Counted from the stretch's first letter, positions 48,109-57,837 are shown. The stretch is DNA of 64,000 bases from an uncultured Candidatus Saccharibacteria bacterium (GCA_964651115.1 CAZYXJ010000001.1:106509-170508); one strand, 5' to 3'. Notes: generated from the letters alone by a model not told the origin. Translations and numbers: made by a program.

Positions 48109-48109
48109 A

Positions 48110-49294
48110 TTATTTATCCTCGCTCTCTTTTGGCTCAGGCAACTCCAAAGACTCGATCTTCTGCAGTTGGATAACTCCGCTCAAGTCACCATAGATACCG
48201 ACTGTATTTTTGATGACCTTCTGTATCTGCTTTTCTTTTTCGGACCAAGACTTTTCAAAATAAAGACGCTCTTTATCCAAGGAAGTCTTCATGCTTGAAA
48301 ACGTCTCTACGATGACCTCAATCTTTTGTTTGAATTCATTGCCAGACAGATAAGCATAGAGAATCTCCATCTTTTCATTTTTACCCACAGACATAGACTT
48401 TTCGCGACACACAAGCTCAAGGGTATTTCGTAATGCCGTTGCTATCGAGATTGCCAGTTTAATATCACAAACCCAGACTCCTTCGCGTTGAGCTATGCCT
48501 TCCAAACCACCAGGCAATACGGAAGATACGATAACTGCAATGTCGGCCTTAACACTTCGCTGATCTTCTTTCAGTTTCTTAATCCAACTGTCGGTCCAAG
48601 CCTTGGTTTTTTTTGATTCCCAGATAATCTTTCCGCATTCAACACCAGCTTTAGTCTTAACAGTTTGTATAACATCCGCACCGGTAACACCCTTAGGGAC
48701 CGGAGAAATATCATCGTAGATAAATTCTGCCTTGAGAAGTTCCTCAAGGGCTATCTCTTGGACCTCGCCTTGAGTCTGTTGTGATCCCTGCTCAAGCTTT
48801 CGGGCTAGTTCATCCTTCGCTTTTGTGGCATCGGAAAGCTGCTTATTGAGCTGATCTATTTTTGCCTGTTGTGCCTCTGTCGCTTTCTTTGAAGCCTCTT
48901 CTTCAATTGTCTTTCTTTCTGCATCAAGCTGACGCGCCTTTTCTAGTTCAAAAGCATCCTTTTCATCTTTGAGCTTTTGAGTGGCCTTACGCAACTCAAG
49001 CTCATTCTTGTTAGCTTCTTTAAGCTTGAGGTCCTTATCAGCTAGCTGTTCCTCAAGGAACTTCTTGTCAGAGGCTGCTTCTTTTTCTACTCGTTCCCTT
49101 ATTTGCTTTTTCAACAGTTCTTCTATTTCTTGCAACTCTTTCTTGTGTTCCTTCTCTTTTGCTGCGCGTGTAGCTTTTTCTTGTTCTTCAAAATCCTTTC
49201 TGATTTTACTTTCAAGCTGATGCGTTAAAACTTCATCAATCGAGATTGATTTTCCGCAATGAGGACAACTAATATTTCTTGTATCGTTAGTCAT
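48110..49294 (-). CDS. DUF2130-family protein (Zn knuckle, coiled coil, RmuC-like nuclease fold)
   Basis: CPHC, long coiled coil, GSQQTQGEVQE, GADVIQ, IIWESK.TK.W...W..KLKEDQ. Confidence 0.8.
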   Translation of the reverse strand: MTNDTRNISCPHCGKSISIDEVLTHQLESKIRKDFEEQEKATRAAKEKEHKKELQEIEELLKKQIRERVEKEAASDKKFLEEQLADKDLKLKEANKNELELRKATQKLKDEKDAFELEKARQLDAERKTIEEEASKKATEAQQAKIDQLNKQLSDATKAKDELARKLEQGSQQTQGEVQEIALEELLKAEFIYDDISPVPKGVTGADVIQTVKTKAGVECGKIIWESKKTKAWTDSWIKKLKEDQRSVKADIAVIVSSVLPGGLEGIAQREGVWVCDIKLAISIATALRNTLELVCREKSMSVGKNEKMEILYAYLSGNEFKQKIEVIVETFSSMKTSLDKERLYFEKSWSEKEKQIQKVIKNTVGIYGDLSGVIQLQKIESLELPEPKESEDK

Positions 49295-49298
49295 ATGT

Positions 49299-51281
49299 TT
49301 AGAGTTGCTTTAAAAGAGTGAGTAATTCATTCTCGACTTTTTCTATGTCGGACTCGATGGCCTCGAGGCTGCGTGGAGCTTCGTATTTGTAGAAATATCG
49401 CGTGAATGGGATCTCGTATCCAACCACACCAATTTTTCCATCTTTATGATCCTGGACCGACTCGTTTATCCAAGCATCAGGGACATACGGTTTCACTTCT
49501 TTGTTGAAATAATCTTTGATATCCACCTCGTATGGTACGTTTTCAAAATCCCGCAACTCACCGTCTGGTTCAGGGTTACCATCCTTATCAGTACAAATTG
49601 TTGCTTCCTCGTCACGCACACCGACTATCGATATAAGTTTCTTATACTGACCTGCTGTGAACTTAACGGCGACGTATTGTTTAAGTCCCGCTTCGATTCT
49701 TTCATCTAGAACTTTTTTGCTTGTTATAATTTGATTCTCAAAGGATTCAATAAAATCTTTCATGCCATTCTTGTTGTCTTTGATGTCAAAAGCAACAAGG
49801 AGTTCTTTTACCTTTTCTGGGGTGAAATCAAACTTAAGACGGAGAGATCGCTCGATCGTGATCTGTCGATAAGCAAAGTCGGTAGTCTTGAAGATCTTTG
49901 AATGTTCGCTTTCATCAAACTTCTCGTAGATGTCCAATATCTTTTTCTTTGATTCCGCGTCAATCTCGTGACGCTTGCTGCCGAGACTCTTGCGAGTCTT
50001 CTTAAAGAAGGCGCGAGCGTCGATAAGCTGGACCTTACCTTTTCTTTCTTTTGACTTTCTGTTCGTCACAAACCAGAGATACGTATTGATACCGGTGTTA
50101 TAGAAAAGTTGATCTGGCAAAGCCACAATCCCTTCAAGTAAATCTTTTTCAAGAATCCAACGGCGTATTTCGCTTTCGCCGCTTCCTGCGTCGCCTGTAA
50201 ATAGAGGGGACCCATTATGAACGATCGCAATACGTGAGCCGCCATCTTTTTCAGATTTCATCTTTGATATGAGATGCTGCAAGAACAAGAGCTGTCCGTC
50301 GGAAATACGTGGAGTACCTGCACCGAATCGGCCTGCGTATCCGCGAGACGCTTCGCGCTCTACGGCATCCTTATCTTTCTTCCAATCAACTCCGTAGGGT
50401 GGATTTGAGAGCCCATAATCGAATACTTCCGCAAAGAATTGGTCGTTAGCGAGCGTACTTGCCTTTGAATGGTCTTTCTCACCACCTCGAATAAGATCAG
50501 GGTCATCACCTTTGATAAGCATATCTGACTTTGCCATAGCGTAGGTCACTGAGTTGAGTTCCTGGCCGTAAAGGAAAATGTCGGCTTCTTTGTTTATGTT
50601 TTCTAGAATGTAATCCTTGGCAACAGAAAGCATTCCGCCCGTACCGCAGGCAGGGTCGTAAATCTTTTTGATAACATGAGGCTTCTTAAGATCCTTTTTA
50701 TCAGGTGAAAAGAGCATCTCAGTCATGAGTCCGATCACATCTCGTGGTGTGTAGTGTTCTCCGGCGGTCTCATTAGACATTTCAGAAAATTTTCGGAGAA
50801 GTTCTTCAAAAACATGACCCATCTGATAGTTATCTACTTTCGAAGGATGCAGGTCTACCTTGTTAAGCTCCTGGATCACATAAAACAACAGATCGCCACC
50901 TTCAAGACGTTCAAGTTGTTTGCTGAAATCAAACTTTTCAAAAATGTCCTGGATGTTTTTGCTGTAGCCATTTATATATTGCTTGAAATTCTTTGCGAGA
51001 TGCTTAGGTTCGCCAAGGATAGTCTTAAAATCGTAGTCGGAGATATTGTAAAAGGCAGTACCCGATGTCTTCTTGAGAATCGGATCGAGATCGTTTACCT
51101 TGCCTTTGTACTCGTTATATTTCTCGAGGACCGATGCCTTAGTATCAGCAAGAATGGAATCCAGGCGCTTTAAAACCACCAGAGGTAATATTACGTCCTG
51201 GTATTCGTGCTGTTTCCAACCGCCGCGCAATATGTCGGCGATGCTCCATATCATTGATGTTTTTTGGTTGAAGTTTTCCAT
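49299..51281 (-). CDS. hsdM: Type I R-M DNA methyltransferase subunit M
   Basis: IWSIADILRG, GEHYTPRDV, YDPACGTGGML, NPPY, LFYNTGI.TY. Confidence 0.97.
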   Translation of the reverse strand: MENFNQKTSMIWSIADILRGGWKQHEYQDVILPLVVLKRLDSILADTKASVLEKYNEYKGKVNDLDPILKKTSGTAFYNISDYDFKTILGEPKHLAKNFKQYINGYSKNIQDIFEKFDFSKQLERLEGGDLLFYVIQELNKVDLHPSKVDNYQMGHVFEELLRKFSEMSNETAGEHYTPRDVIGLMTEMLFSPDKKDLKKPHVIKKIYDPACGTGGMLSVAKDYILENINKEADIFLYGQELNSVTYAMAKSDMLIKGDDPDLIRGGEKDHSKASTLANDQFFAEVFDYGLSNPPYGVDWKKDKDAVEREASRGYAGRFGAGTPRISDGQLLFLQHLISKMKSEKDGGSRIAIVHNGSPLFTGDAGSGESEIRRWILEKDLLEGIVALPDQLFYNTGINTYLWFVTNRKSKERKGKVQLIDARAFFKKTRKSLGSKRHEIDAESKKKILDIYEKFDESEHSKIFKTTDFAYRQITIERSLRLKFDFTPEKVKELLVAFDIKDNKNGMKDFIESFENQIITSKKVLDERIEAGLKQYVAVKFTAGQYKKLISIVGVRDEEATICTDKDGNPEPDGELRDFENVPYEVDIKDYFNKEVKPYVPDAWINESVQDHKDGKIGVVGYEIPFTRYFYKYEAPRSLEAIESDIEKVENELLTLLKQL

Positions 51282-51289
51282 GGCGTTGG

Positions 51290-52426
51290 TTATTTATTAA
51301 AGAGATTAATGTATTCCGTTAGGTAGAAGATTCGATCTTTCTTGAGCCCCGTCTTTTCTGAGAACAAACCAAGTTTCTGAAAATCCATTGCGATCGCTGA
51401 TGCGGTCGGGAATGTTACCGACAGCATTGATTCAATATCCCTAATCGTCACAACCGGCTGTGAGAACAAGCAGCGCAAAAGTTCCTTACCAAGCTTTTGG
51501 CGCTTGATGCCCATACCTTTTTCGATTGTTGTTTCGTACTTCTTTCGGAGATCAATAATCTTTTCGAGTGTTTGTCGAGAATTCTTTGCTGTCTCCAATA
51601 CTCCAGTGAGAAAGAAACGTAGCCAGTGTTCGATGTCGTGTGTCTCGCGGACACGTGAAAGACCATCGTAATATTGCGGACGATGTTTTTCGAAGAAATC
51701 TGAAATGTAGAGAGTTGGTTTTTGAAGAATACCAAGGCTTACCAAGTGGAGCGTGATCATAAGTCGACCAATACGTCCGTTACCATCGAGGAATGGGTGG
51801 ATCGTTTCAAACTGATAGTGTGAGATAGCTATCTTGATGAGATCCGGAATATCTACTTCCTTGTTGTGCCAGAATCTTTCCAGGTCACTCAGTAACTCGC
51901 TGACCTCTTCGTAGTGAGGCGGAATGAACACTGCATCTTTGAGAGTTGCACCACCGATCCAGTTTTGGCTGCGGCGAACTTCTCCTGGCAACTTTGTATA
52001 CCCACGCACGCTTGAAAGAAGGACCTTGTGTGTATCCTTTACGAGACGCATTGAGAGCGGTAGTTTTTCAAGCTCAGCGATCGAGTAGTTAATCGCTTTG
52101 ACGTAATTCTGAACTTCTTCCCAGTCGTTTCTTTTTTCGGGATCTATTTCAAGCTCGGGCAAGAGTGCCTCATCGAGCTTTGTTTGTGTACCCTCAATTT
52201 TGCTTGAAGTGGTAGCTTCTTTTGCGATGTGCATTTTTATGAAAAAATCCACGTCAGGGACCAACTTTGAAAATGCGTTGAGCTCGCCGAGATATCTCAT
52301 GGCATCGGCAAGAAGCACATCGATGCGCTTGTCTGTCCATTCAAAATCCTTGTTCACTAAAGACGGCTGAAAGCTCTTGTAGCCATCGTGCTGCTTATGG
52401 GTTCCTGACTTGTATTTTTCTGTCAT
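51290..52426 (-). CDS. Fic family protein with C-terminal wHTH
   Basis: [12 protein letters not shown] active site; N-terminal SSKIEG inhibitory motif. Confidence 0.93.
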   Translation of the reverse strand: MTEKYKSGTHKQHDGYKSFQPSLVNKDFEWTDKRIDVLLADAMRYLGELNAFSKLVPDVDFFIKMHIAKEATTSSKIEGTQTKLDEALLPELEIDPEKRNDWEEVQNYVKAINYSIAELEKLPLSMRLVKDTHKVLLSSVRGYTKLPGEVRRSQNWIGGATLKDAVFIPPHYEEVSELLSDLERFWHNKEVDIPDLIKIAISHYQFETIHPFLDGNGRIGRLMITLHLVSLGILQKPTLYISDFFEKHRPQYYDGLSRVRETHDIEHWLRFFLTGVLETAKNSRQTLEKIIDLRKKYETTIEKGMGIKRQKLGKELLRCLFSQPVVTIRDIESMLSVTFPTASAIAMDFQKLGLFSEKTGLKKDRIFYLTEYINLFNK

Positions 52427-52587
52427 GCACACATCCTAGCACTTTAATATATATAATGCAAATTAAAGATTTAGACCTTAACTTTTAATACAAAGACAGT
52501 AAATTAAAGAAAATAAGCCAATTTAGCCCTAAAACCAGTAAAAATAGGGTGTTTCAAGAATATTCGAGAAAATCGGTTAAAGAGGCT

Positions 52588-52932
52588 TTATCGTCCAAAT
52601 GGGATTTTATTTCGTATAAAAAAGTCTGAAACCCTTTCTTGATCTCCCTTGCAGCCCACATGCCACACCTCAATAGTCCGGGCATGATTCATCGACTTGT
52701 AGTCATAAATCGTTACGACAGTCGGCTTAGGGCCAGGCAGTCTGAAAGCCCATTCCACCTGAGTCTTCCAGTCACCCGATTTCCATGGACCATCCTTAAA
52801 CCTGTCGTGTGGCTCTCCAAACTGGGCGACAAGGTCATGGTAGGTACAAATCGCGTACCCTATAAAACCTGTGTGGTTTACTTCGTTTGGACGTGCGTTT
52901 TTATATCCTTTTTTCATGGCACGAACGAACAT
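52588..52932 (-). CDS. Hypothetical protein
   Basis: Clean 114-aa ORF; 'LVAQFGEP...KTQVEW...TIYDYK...WHVG'. Confidence 0.55.
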   Translation of the reverse strand: MFVRAMKKGYKNARPNEVNHTGFIGYAICTYHDLVAQFGEPHDRFKDGPWKSGDWKTQVEWAFRLPGPKPTVVTIYDYKSMNHARTIEVWHVGCKGDQERVSDFFIRNKIPFGR

Positions 52933-52999
52933 ACCGGAAGGTTCTGAGGAAGTCTAGCGGGACCTTTACTTTTTTGACTTCTAGGAATAATGTTGCCAC

Positions 53000-53308
53000 A
53001 TGAGCGAATTATTTATTACTGTGGTTGGAGGTCTTGTTGTCCTTATTTTAGGCGCTTGGCTTGGCCTTAGTGGTTCTACGAAAGTGCGCGTTGAAGGTGG
53101 TCACAAAGTTAAGAAAACTGGAAAACTGCTTATCCTCATCTCTGTTGCGATGATCATCGGCGGACTTTCCTGGGCGGGCAGCAATGCTCCGGCTCAAGGT
53201 GGTATTGATTTGCATATACCTGGAATGCTCTACGGAATCACTCTTGCAGGATATGGTGTGCTTCTATTAATCGTCGGTAAAGTCGTTGCATGGTGGCAAC
53301 GTCCTTAA
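53000..53308 (+). CDS. Three-TM membrane protein
   Basis: Hydrophobic segments; TAATGT-N6-ATG start. Confidence 0.6.
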   Translation: MSELFITVVGGLVVLILGAWLGLSGSTKVRVEGGHKVKKTGKLLILISVAMIIGGLSWAGSNAPAQGGIDLHIPGMLYGITLAGYGVLLLIVGKVVAWWQRP

Positions 53309-53313
53309 AATAT

Positions 53314-53538
53314 ATGCAATTAACTGATAAAGACCTTGAGAGTTTTCAGGCACTTTATAAAAAACATTTCAATAAAGATATTTCGCGTGCCGAAGCTCTC
53401 GCAAAAGGCACACAACTTTTGACTTTAATGAAGGCTGTATACAAACCCATGACGCAAGAACAGTTCGATGCTATACAGCAGCGAAGAAAAGATACCTTAC
53501 CAGCTTTAATTAAAAGGCTGGAGCAAGATCAACTTTGA
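53314..53538 (+). CDS. Small helical protein, paralog of 41721-41990
   Basis: MQLTDKDLESFQALYKKHFNKDISRAEALAKGTQLLTLMKAVYKP. Confidence 0.65.
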   Translation: MQLTDKDLESFQALYKKHFNKDISRAEALAKGTQLLTLMKAVYKPMTQEQFDAIQQRRKDTLPALIKRLEQDQL

Positions 53539-53918
53539 AACTCAACCTCAAAAGGATACATTCCCATTCCGCATGATCCTTGGAGTGTGCCAAGTTTGCC
53601 GCTACCAATATCAATATCTGTAGATCCTGTCTGAGGTAATAATTTTGATATGTTCATGCTTGGTATTCGGACCGATGACGAGCAGTCGAAGGTTCCCTTT
53701 GTATTGAAGCGAATGATAGTTGGTATACCTGCCTTAGCAATACTCTTGCGAGGTTGATAACCACCTTTGGCATTTATCTCTATGATTTGTTTTCCGTCTA
53801 CAATGGTGACGTTGTTTGCGTTTACTACTTGTCCGGTATCACCACCGTTTCTTGTAAACATGAAAGCACCTCCGATGAGGATTACTGCCACAATGCTTGA
53901 AATAATAGTTGCTTTCAT
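53529..53918 (-). CDS. Cupredoxin-domain protein
   Basis: GGYQP, FDCSS, SCGMGM Cu ligands; likely start MKATII. Confidence 0.85.
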   Translation of the reverse strand: MKATIISSIVAVILIGGAFMFTRNGGDTGQVVNANNVTIVDGKQIIEINAKGGYQPRKSIAKAGIPTIIRFNTKGTFDCSSSVRIPSMNISKLLPQTGSTDIDIGSGKLGTLQGSCGMGMYPFEVEFQS

Positions 53919-53931
53919 AATTAGAATTATA

Positions 53932-54963
53932 CTAGAAGTTAAATATTGGCGGTATGACTCCAATTACCACCAAGCTATTAATAAGATTGAAAAGCGCGAA
54001 CATGATCACGATTAGTCCTGCAGTCTTGAAGAACACTCCAGCTTTGGAACTCTTTTGAATACTGAATGAGCTGAAGCTGATGAGTGCTAAAACTGGGAGT
54101 GTACCAAGCGCAAATGCGAGCATAGTAAGTCCTCCTGTGAGGAAACTACCCGTAGTGAGCGTATAGAGCTGCATCGACTGAGTAAATCCGCATGGTAGGA
54201 AAAAGGTTGCTATACCAACAAGAAGCGGAGTGAGGGTGTGATTGAACTTGGATACACCATGAGCATGCTTAGCAATAAATTTCGGCATCGATGGTTGAAG
54301 TTTTTTTGCCCAGTGAAAAGTATCGAGAAGATTGATGCCGAGAATGAGCATGACGATGCCGATAATGAGGCTCAATATAAATGTAGCGGAAGTATTGAGT
54401 GTGAAGGCTGACCCAATCGCACCAATTATGCCACCGAGAATAAAGAACGAAGCGATTCGACCTCCATGGAACATGAGCTGGGGTCGAACCTTATCACCCT
54501 CTTTAGCAAATGTAGCCGACATCGAAAGGACCAATCCACCCACAACAGCCATGCATGTTGAAAGCGATGCGATTATACCAATCACAAATGCTGTGCCGTA
54601 GGTTACATTGCCAGCGCTAACCAGATTTACAATTCCCATTTTCTGCAGGACCACAAAGAGTACGGCAAAGACAAGTGCAATTGGGACAGCAATCTTGAAA
54701 TCTCCCCATTTGGCATTGTGCTGCTGTTTTTCTACTGAGACAGTGTAGCCATGAGGTTTAAGCGGAATTGTCAGTTCCTCTGCAATCTGTTCTGGTGTCT
54801 TATTGCCAAAGTCTCCGGTAACTTCTACCGAATGATTCTTTAGACTCGATTTTACGTGAGTTATATTTGGCAAATCGCCAAGTTCGCTTTCTGTCATGAG
54901 CACACAAGCGTTGCAGTGCATGCCGTGTACGTGAAAGGTATATTTTTGGATTTGTGTATTCAT
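53932..54963 (-). CDS. HMA domain plus DsbD_2/TauE-like membrane protein
   Basis: GMHCNAC, STCMAVVGG, LPCGFTQSMQ, FALGTLP. Confidence 0.88.
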   Translation of the reverse strand: MNTQIQKYTFHVHGMHCNACVLMTESELGDLPNITHVKSSLKNHSVEVTGDFGNKTPEQIAEELTIPLKPHGYTVSVEKQQHNAKWGDFKIAVPIALVFAVLFVVLQKMGIVNLVSAGNVTYGTAFVIGIIASLSTCMAVVGGLVLSMSATFAKEGDKVRPQLMFHGGRIASFFILGGIIGAIGSAFTLNTSATFILSLIIGIVMLILGINLLDTFHWAKKLQPSMPKFIAKHAHGVSKFNHTLTPLLVGIATFFLPCGFTQSMQLYTLTTGSFLTGGLTMLAFALGTLPVLALISFSSFSIQKSSKAGVFFKTAGLIVIMFALFNLINSLVVIGVIPPIFNF

Positions 54964-54968
54964 GATAA

Positions 54969-57296
54969 TTATAGTTTTTTAGCCTTAATGCGAAGTGAGT
55001 TCGACACCACGGATACCGACGACATAGCCATGGCAAATCCAGCAAAGACTGGGTTCAAGAGCCATCCAAAGACCGGATACAAAGCTCCGGCAGCGAGTGG
55101 AATGCCGACAATGTTGTAAATGAATGCCCAGAAAAGGTTCTGTTTTATTCCTCGCATGGTGATCTTTGAAAGTTTGATAGCTTTCACCAGCTTTGAAATA
55201 TCTCCGCCGAGAAGCGTGATACCGGCCGACTCTATAGCAACATCTGTTCCGGTCCCCATAGCGATACCGACATCTGCCTGCGCAAGTGCTGGAGCGTCAT
55301 TTACGCCGTCACCAGCCATTGCAACCACTCGACCTTGTGATTGCAAATCCTGAATCTTTTTCAACTTATCTTCAGGAAGCACATGTGCAACAACATCATC
55401 AATGCCAACAAGTGAGGCAATATATTTTGCGGCCTTTTCATCATCTCCAGTAAGCATAACCACCTTGATACCGAGAGCATGGAGGTTCTTTACCGCTTCC
55501 ACTGATTCCGCCTTTATTTCATCCGCCACCATGACAAAACCGAGGACCTTTTCTTTGGTAGCGAGAATAACTGGTGTCTTGCCTTGGGAAGTAAACTCAT
55601 TAAGCTTAGCAGTGTCAAAAGAAACTCTAAGGTCGCTTACTAGTTTTGTATTACCAACAAAGTATTCAGTGTCTTTAATGGATCCTTTAAGTCCCTTGCC
55701 CTGGATACCCTCAAAGTTAGAGACATCTGATACGGAGATATTTTTCTCCTGGGCATAATTTACGATCGCATGAGCAATAGGGTGTTCAGATTTTTTCTCA
55801 AGAGAAGCGAGGATCGAAACCAGCTCATCATCTTTTAAGTCAGAAAGATTTTGTATATCTACGAGAGTCGGTTTTCCTTTAGTGATCGTCCCTGTTTTAT
55901 CAACCACCACTGTATTTACCTTATGTAGTTTTTCAAGTGTTGCAGCATCCTTGATGAGAATGCCTTCTTTAGCTCCCTTACCAACTCCCACGATGATTGC
56001 TGTGGGTGTAGCGAGACCAAGGGCGCATGGACATGCGATAACCAGTATTCCCACAAACGACACAAGACCAAACGAAAGAGCTTGAGAGAAGCCAAGATAT
56101 TGCGAACCTACGATAAGCCACGTCCCGAGAGTGAGGAATGCAATCACCAGAACAATTGGCACAAAGATTGCTGAAATCTTGTCTGCCAGTGCTTGAATTG
56201 GAGCTTTGCTACCTTGAGCATCTTCAACCATCTTTATAATCTGGGCCAGGAGTGTTTCGGACCCAACCTTGGTGGCCTTGAAAGTAAATGAACCGCTTGT
56301 GTTTATGGTTCCGGATACGACACTGTCACCGATTTTCTTCTGAGCAGGCATCGGCTCTCCAGTAACCATCGACTCATCAATAAAAGAGGACCCTTCGGTG
56401 ATAACGCCATCTACAGGAATCTTTGCGCCTGGCTTAACGATAATAAGATCACCATGCTTGACCTCATTTACTGAAATCTCCACTTCCTTTCCGTCACGAA
56501 TAACCAGTGCTGTTTTTGCCTGCAGGTTAAGGAGTTTTTCTATAGCATCACCTGTCTTTATTTTCGATCGAGCTTCAAGATATTTGCCAAGGGCTATAAA
56601 AGTAATGACCACAATCGTGACATCATAGTATTGGTAGTCCACGTTTATAAATGGACGTAGAGCTTCTTCAAAAGCAGTGACAGCAAAGCTATATAAAAAT
56701 GCGGCAGTGGTTCCAATACCGATAAGCGTATCCATGTTTGCCTTGCCGTATCTAAGGAATCGATAAAAACCCATGAGGTATGGTTTACCGACAACAAACA
56801 GGATATATGTAGCTAGTATCGGAAGAAGATGGTGGATAAATTCTTTGATCGTATAGCTCATTTCAGGAACCGCCTTGTATTGAGCGAGAATATCCCATCC
56901 CATAACGAGTGCTGCGAAAATTGCAAGAGGAATGGCAGAGAATAATTTTGTTCGCATATCAGCAACTTCAGCAAGCTTCTCTTTCTTGGACTGATTGAGT
57001 CCCAGATGTGCCGCATGTTCATCTGCCGACATACCCATCGCTTCTGCTGATTGACTACCATGGTCATGTGACATTTCTTGGTCCAGAGCCAAGGAGTAGC
57101 CAAGTGGCTCTATTTTCTTTGAAAGCTCCTGCGCACTTGTTTTTGATTCATCAAAGACAACCTTCGCTTTTTCGGTCCCATAATTTACTTCAGCAGAATG
57201 GACTCCCTCAGTCTTCTTGAAGGTCTTCTCAATAATGCCAGCGCAAGAAGCGCAATGCATTCCTTTTACTCTGTATGTTTTAGTGGGATGATTCAT
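54969..57296 (-). CDS. copA: Cu(I)-translocating P1B-type ATPase
   Basis: GMHCASC, TGEP, CPC, DKTGT, SEHP, GDGVNDAP, YN and MAMSS Cu(I) signature; likely start MNHPTK. Confidence 0.96.
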   Translation of the reverse strand: MNHPTKTYRVKGMHCASCAGIIEKTFKKTEGVHSAEVNYGTEKAKVVFDESKTSAQELSKKIEPLGYSLALDQEMSHDHGSQSAEAMGMSADEHAAHLGLNQSKKEKLAEVADMRTKLFSAIPLAIFAALVMGWDILAQYKAVPEMSYTIKEFIHHLLPILATYILFVVGKPYLMGFYRFLRYGKANMDTLIGIGTTAAFLYSFAVTAFEEALRPFINVDYQYYDVTIVVITFIALGKYLEARSKIKTGDAIEKLLNLQAKTALVIRDGKEVEISVNEVKHGDLIIVKPGAKIPVDGVITEGSSFIDESMVTGEPMPAQKKIGDSVVSGTINTSGSFTFKATKVGSETLLAQIIKMVEDAQGSKAPIQALADKISAIFVPIVLVIAFLTLGTWLIVGSQYLGFSQALSFGLVSFVGILVIACPCALGLATPTAIIVGVGKGAKEGILIKDAATLEKLHKVNTVVVDKTGTITKGKPTLVDIQNLSDLKDDELVSILASLEKKSEHPIAHAIVNYAQEKNISVSDVSNFEGIQGKGLKGSIKDTEYFVGNTKLVSDLRVSFDTAKLNEFTSQGKTPVILATKEKVLGFVMVADEIKAESVEAVKNLHALGIKVVMLTGDDEKAAKYIASLVGIDDVVAHVLPEDKLKKIQDLQSQGRVVAMAGDGVNDAPALAQADVGIAMGTGTDVAIESAGITLLGGDISKLVKAIKLSKITMRGIKQNLFWAFIYNIVGIPLAAGALYPVFGWLLNPVFAGFAMAMSSVSVVSNSLRIKAKKL

Positions 57297-57300
57297 ATTT

Positions 57301-57567
57301 TTATTTGCGCTTGAGCTTATAAACCTTAAGAATCTCATCGACAGCTTTCTTTTCACTGCCATGCTTCATTTGGTGAACGACATGTGTAGAAAGATGATTT
57401 TCAAGGACCAGGTTCTCAATCCCAGTGAGTGCTTCCTTAATAGCTGATGCTTGAGTAATAATATCGATACAATACTTCTCATCCTCCACCATCTTTTGGA
57501 GTCCTCTAATCTGTCCCTCAACAATTTTTAATCGGCGAATAGCTTTTGTTTTTATGTCTTGTCTCAT
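57301..57567 (-). CDS. csoR: Copper-sensing repressor CsoR
   Basis: RLKIVEGQIRGLQKM...YCIDII.Q..A......LENHL..H. Confidence 0.9.
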   Translation of the reverse strand: MRQDIKTKAIRRLKIVEGQIRGLQKMVEDEKYCIDIITQASAIKEALTGIENLVLENHLSTHVVHQMKHGSEKKAVDEILKVYKLKRK

Positions 57568-57575
57568 ATATAGGT

Positions 57576-57603
57576 ATGATACCCCTAGGGGGTATATGAG
57601 TCA
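57576..57603 (-). promoter_or_regulatory. csoR-copA promoter with CsoR operator
   Basis: TTGACT-N17-TATCAT; ATACCCCTAGGGGGTAT (57579-57595) matches the TACC..GGGGGTA CsoR operator form. Confidence 0.85.
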
Positions 57604-57614
57604 ACTGTGGATTT

Positions 57615-57741
57615 CTACACCAGAGCCAATTGTTCGCTCGTCGGCCGGACCAAAGGATAGATTCCATCCTTCAAATTAGGGATGTAATGGTAGTTACTTG
57701 TGGTCCTAAAATAGGTAGTTATTTCATCAACGACGCGGAGC
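57615..57741 (-). other. Start-less reading frame: alternative C-terminus of the serine recombinase
   Basis: In frame through the shared att core (g ctc cgc g = L R): LRVVDEITTYFRTTSNYHYIPNLKDGIYPLVRPTSEQLALV*. Confidence 0.75.
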
Positions 57742-57837
57742 AAAAATTGACAAGTTAATCTAATTACTCTATGGTAAAAACTAGAGTTTGTTATCAGAAA
57801 AATTGAAACCCTCAAACCCAAGAAAGGGCGGTGTATT

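Larger units (their letters stand above)
39327..57741. mobile_element. ~18.4 kb integrative island at the tRNA-Asn 3' end
   Basis: Direct repeat CGCGGAGC at 39327-39334 and 57734-57741; recombinase at the left end; visibly AT-richer than the left flank; defence and metal-resistance cargo. Confidence 0.88.

Noticed and set aside
39327-57741. Prophage or conjugative ICE
   Set aside because: No terminase, capsid, tail, relaxase or T4SS genes were recognised.
57615-57821. Independent 68-aa gene from the ORF track
   Set aside because: Weak TTG start, spans the att site and overlaps an opposite-strand promoter; better explained as the recombinase's alternative tail.
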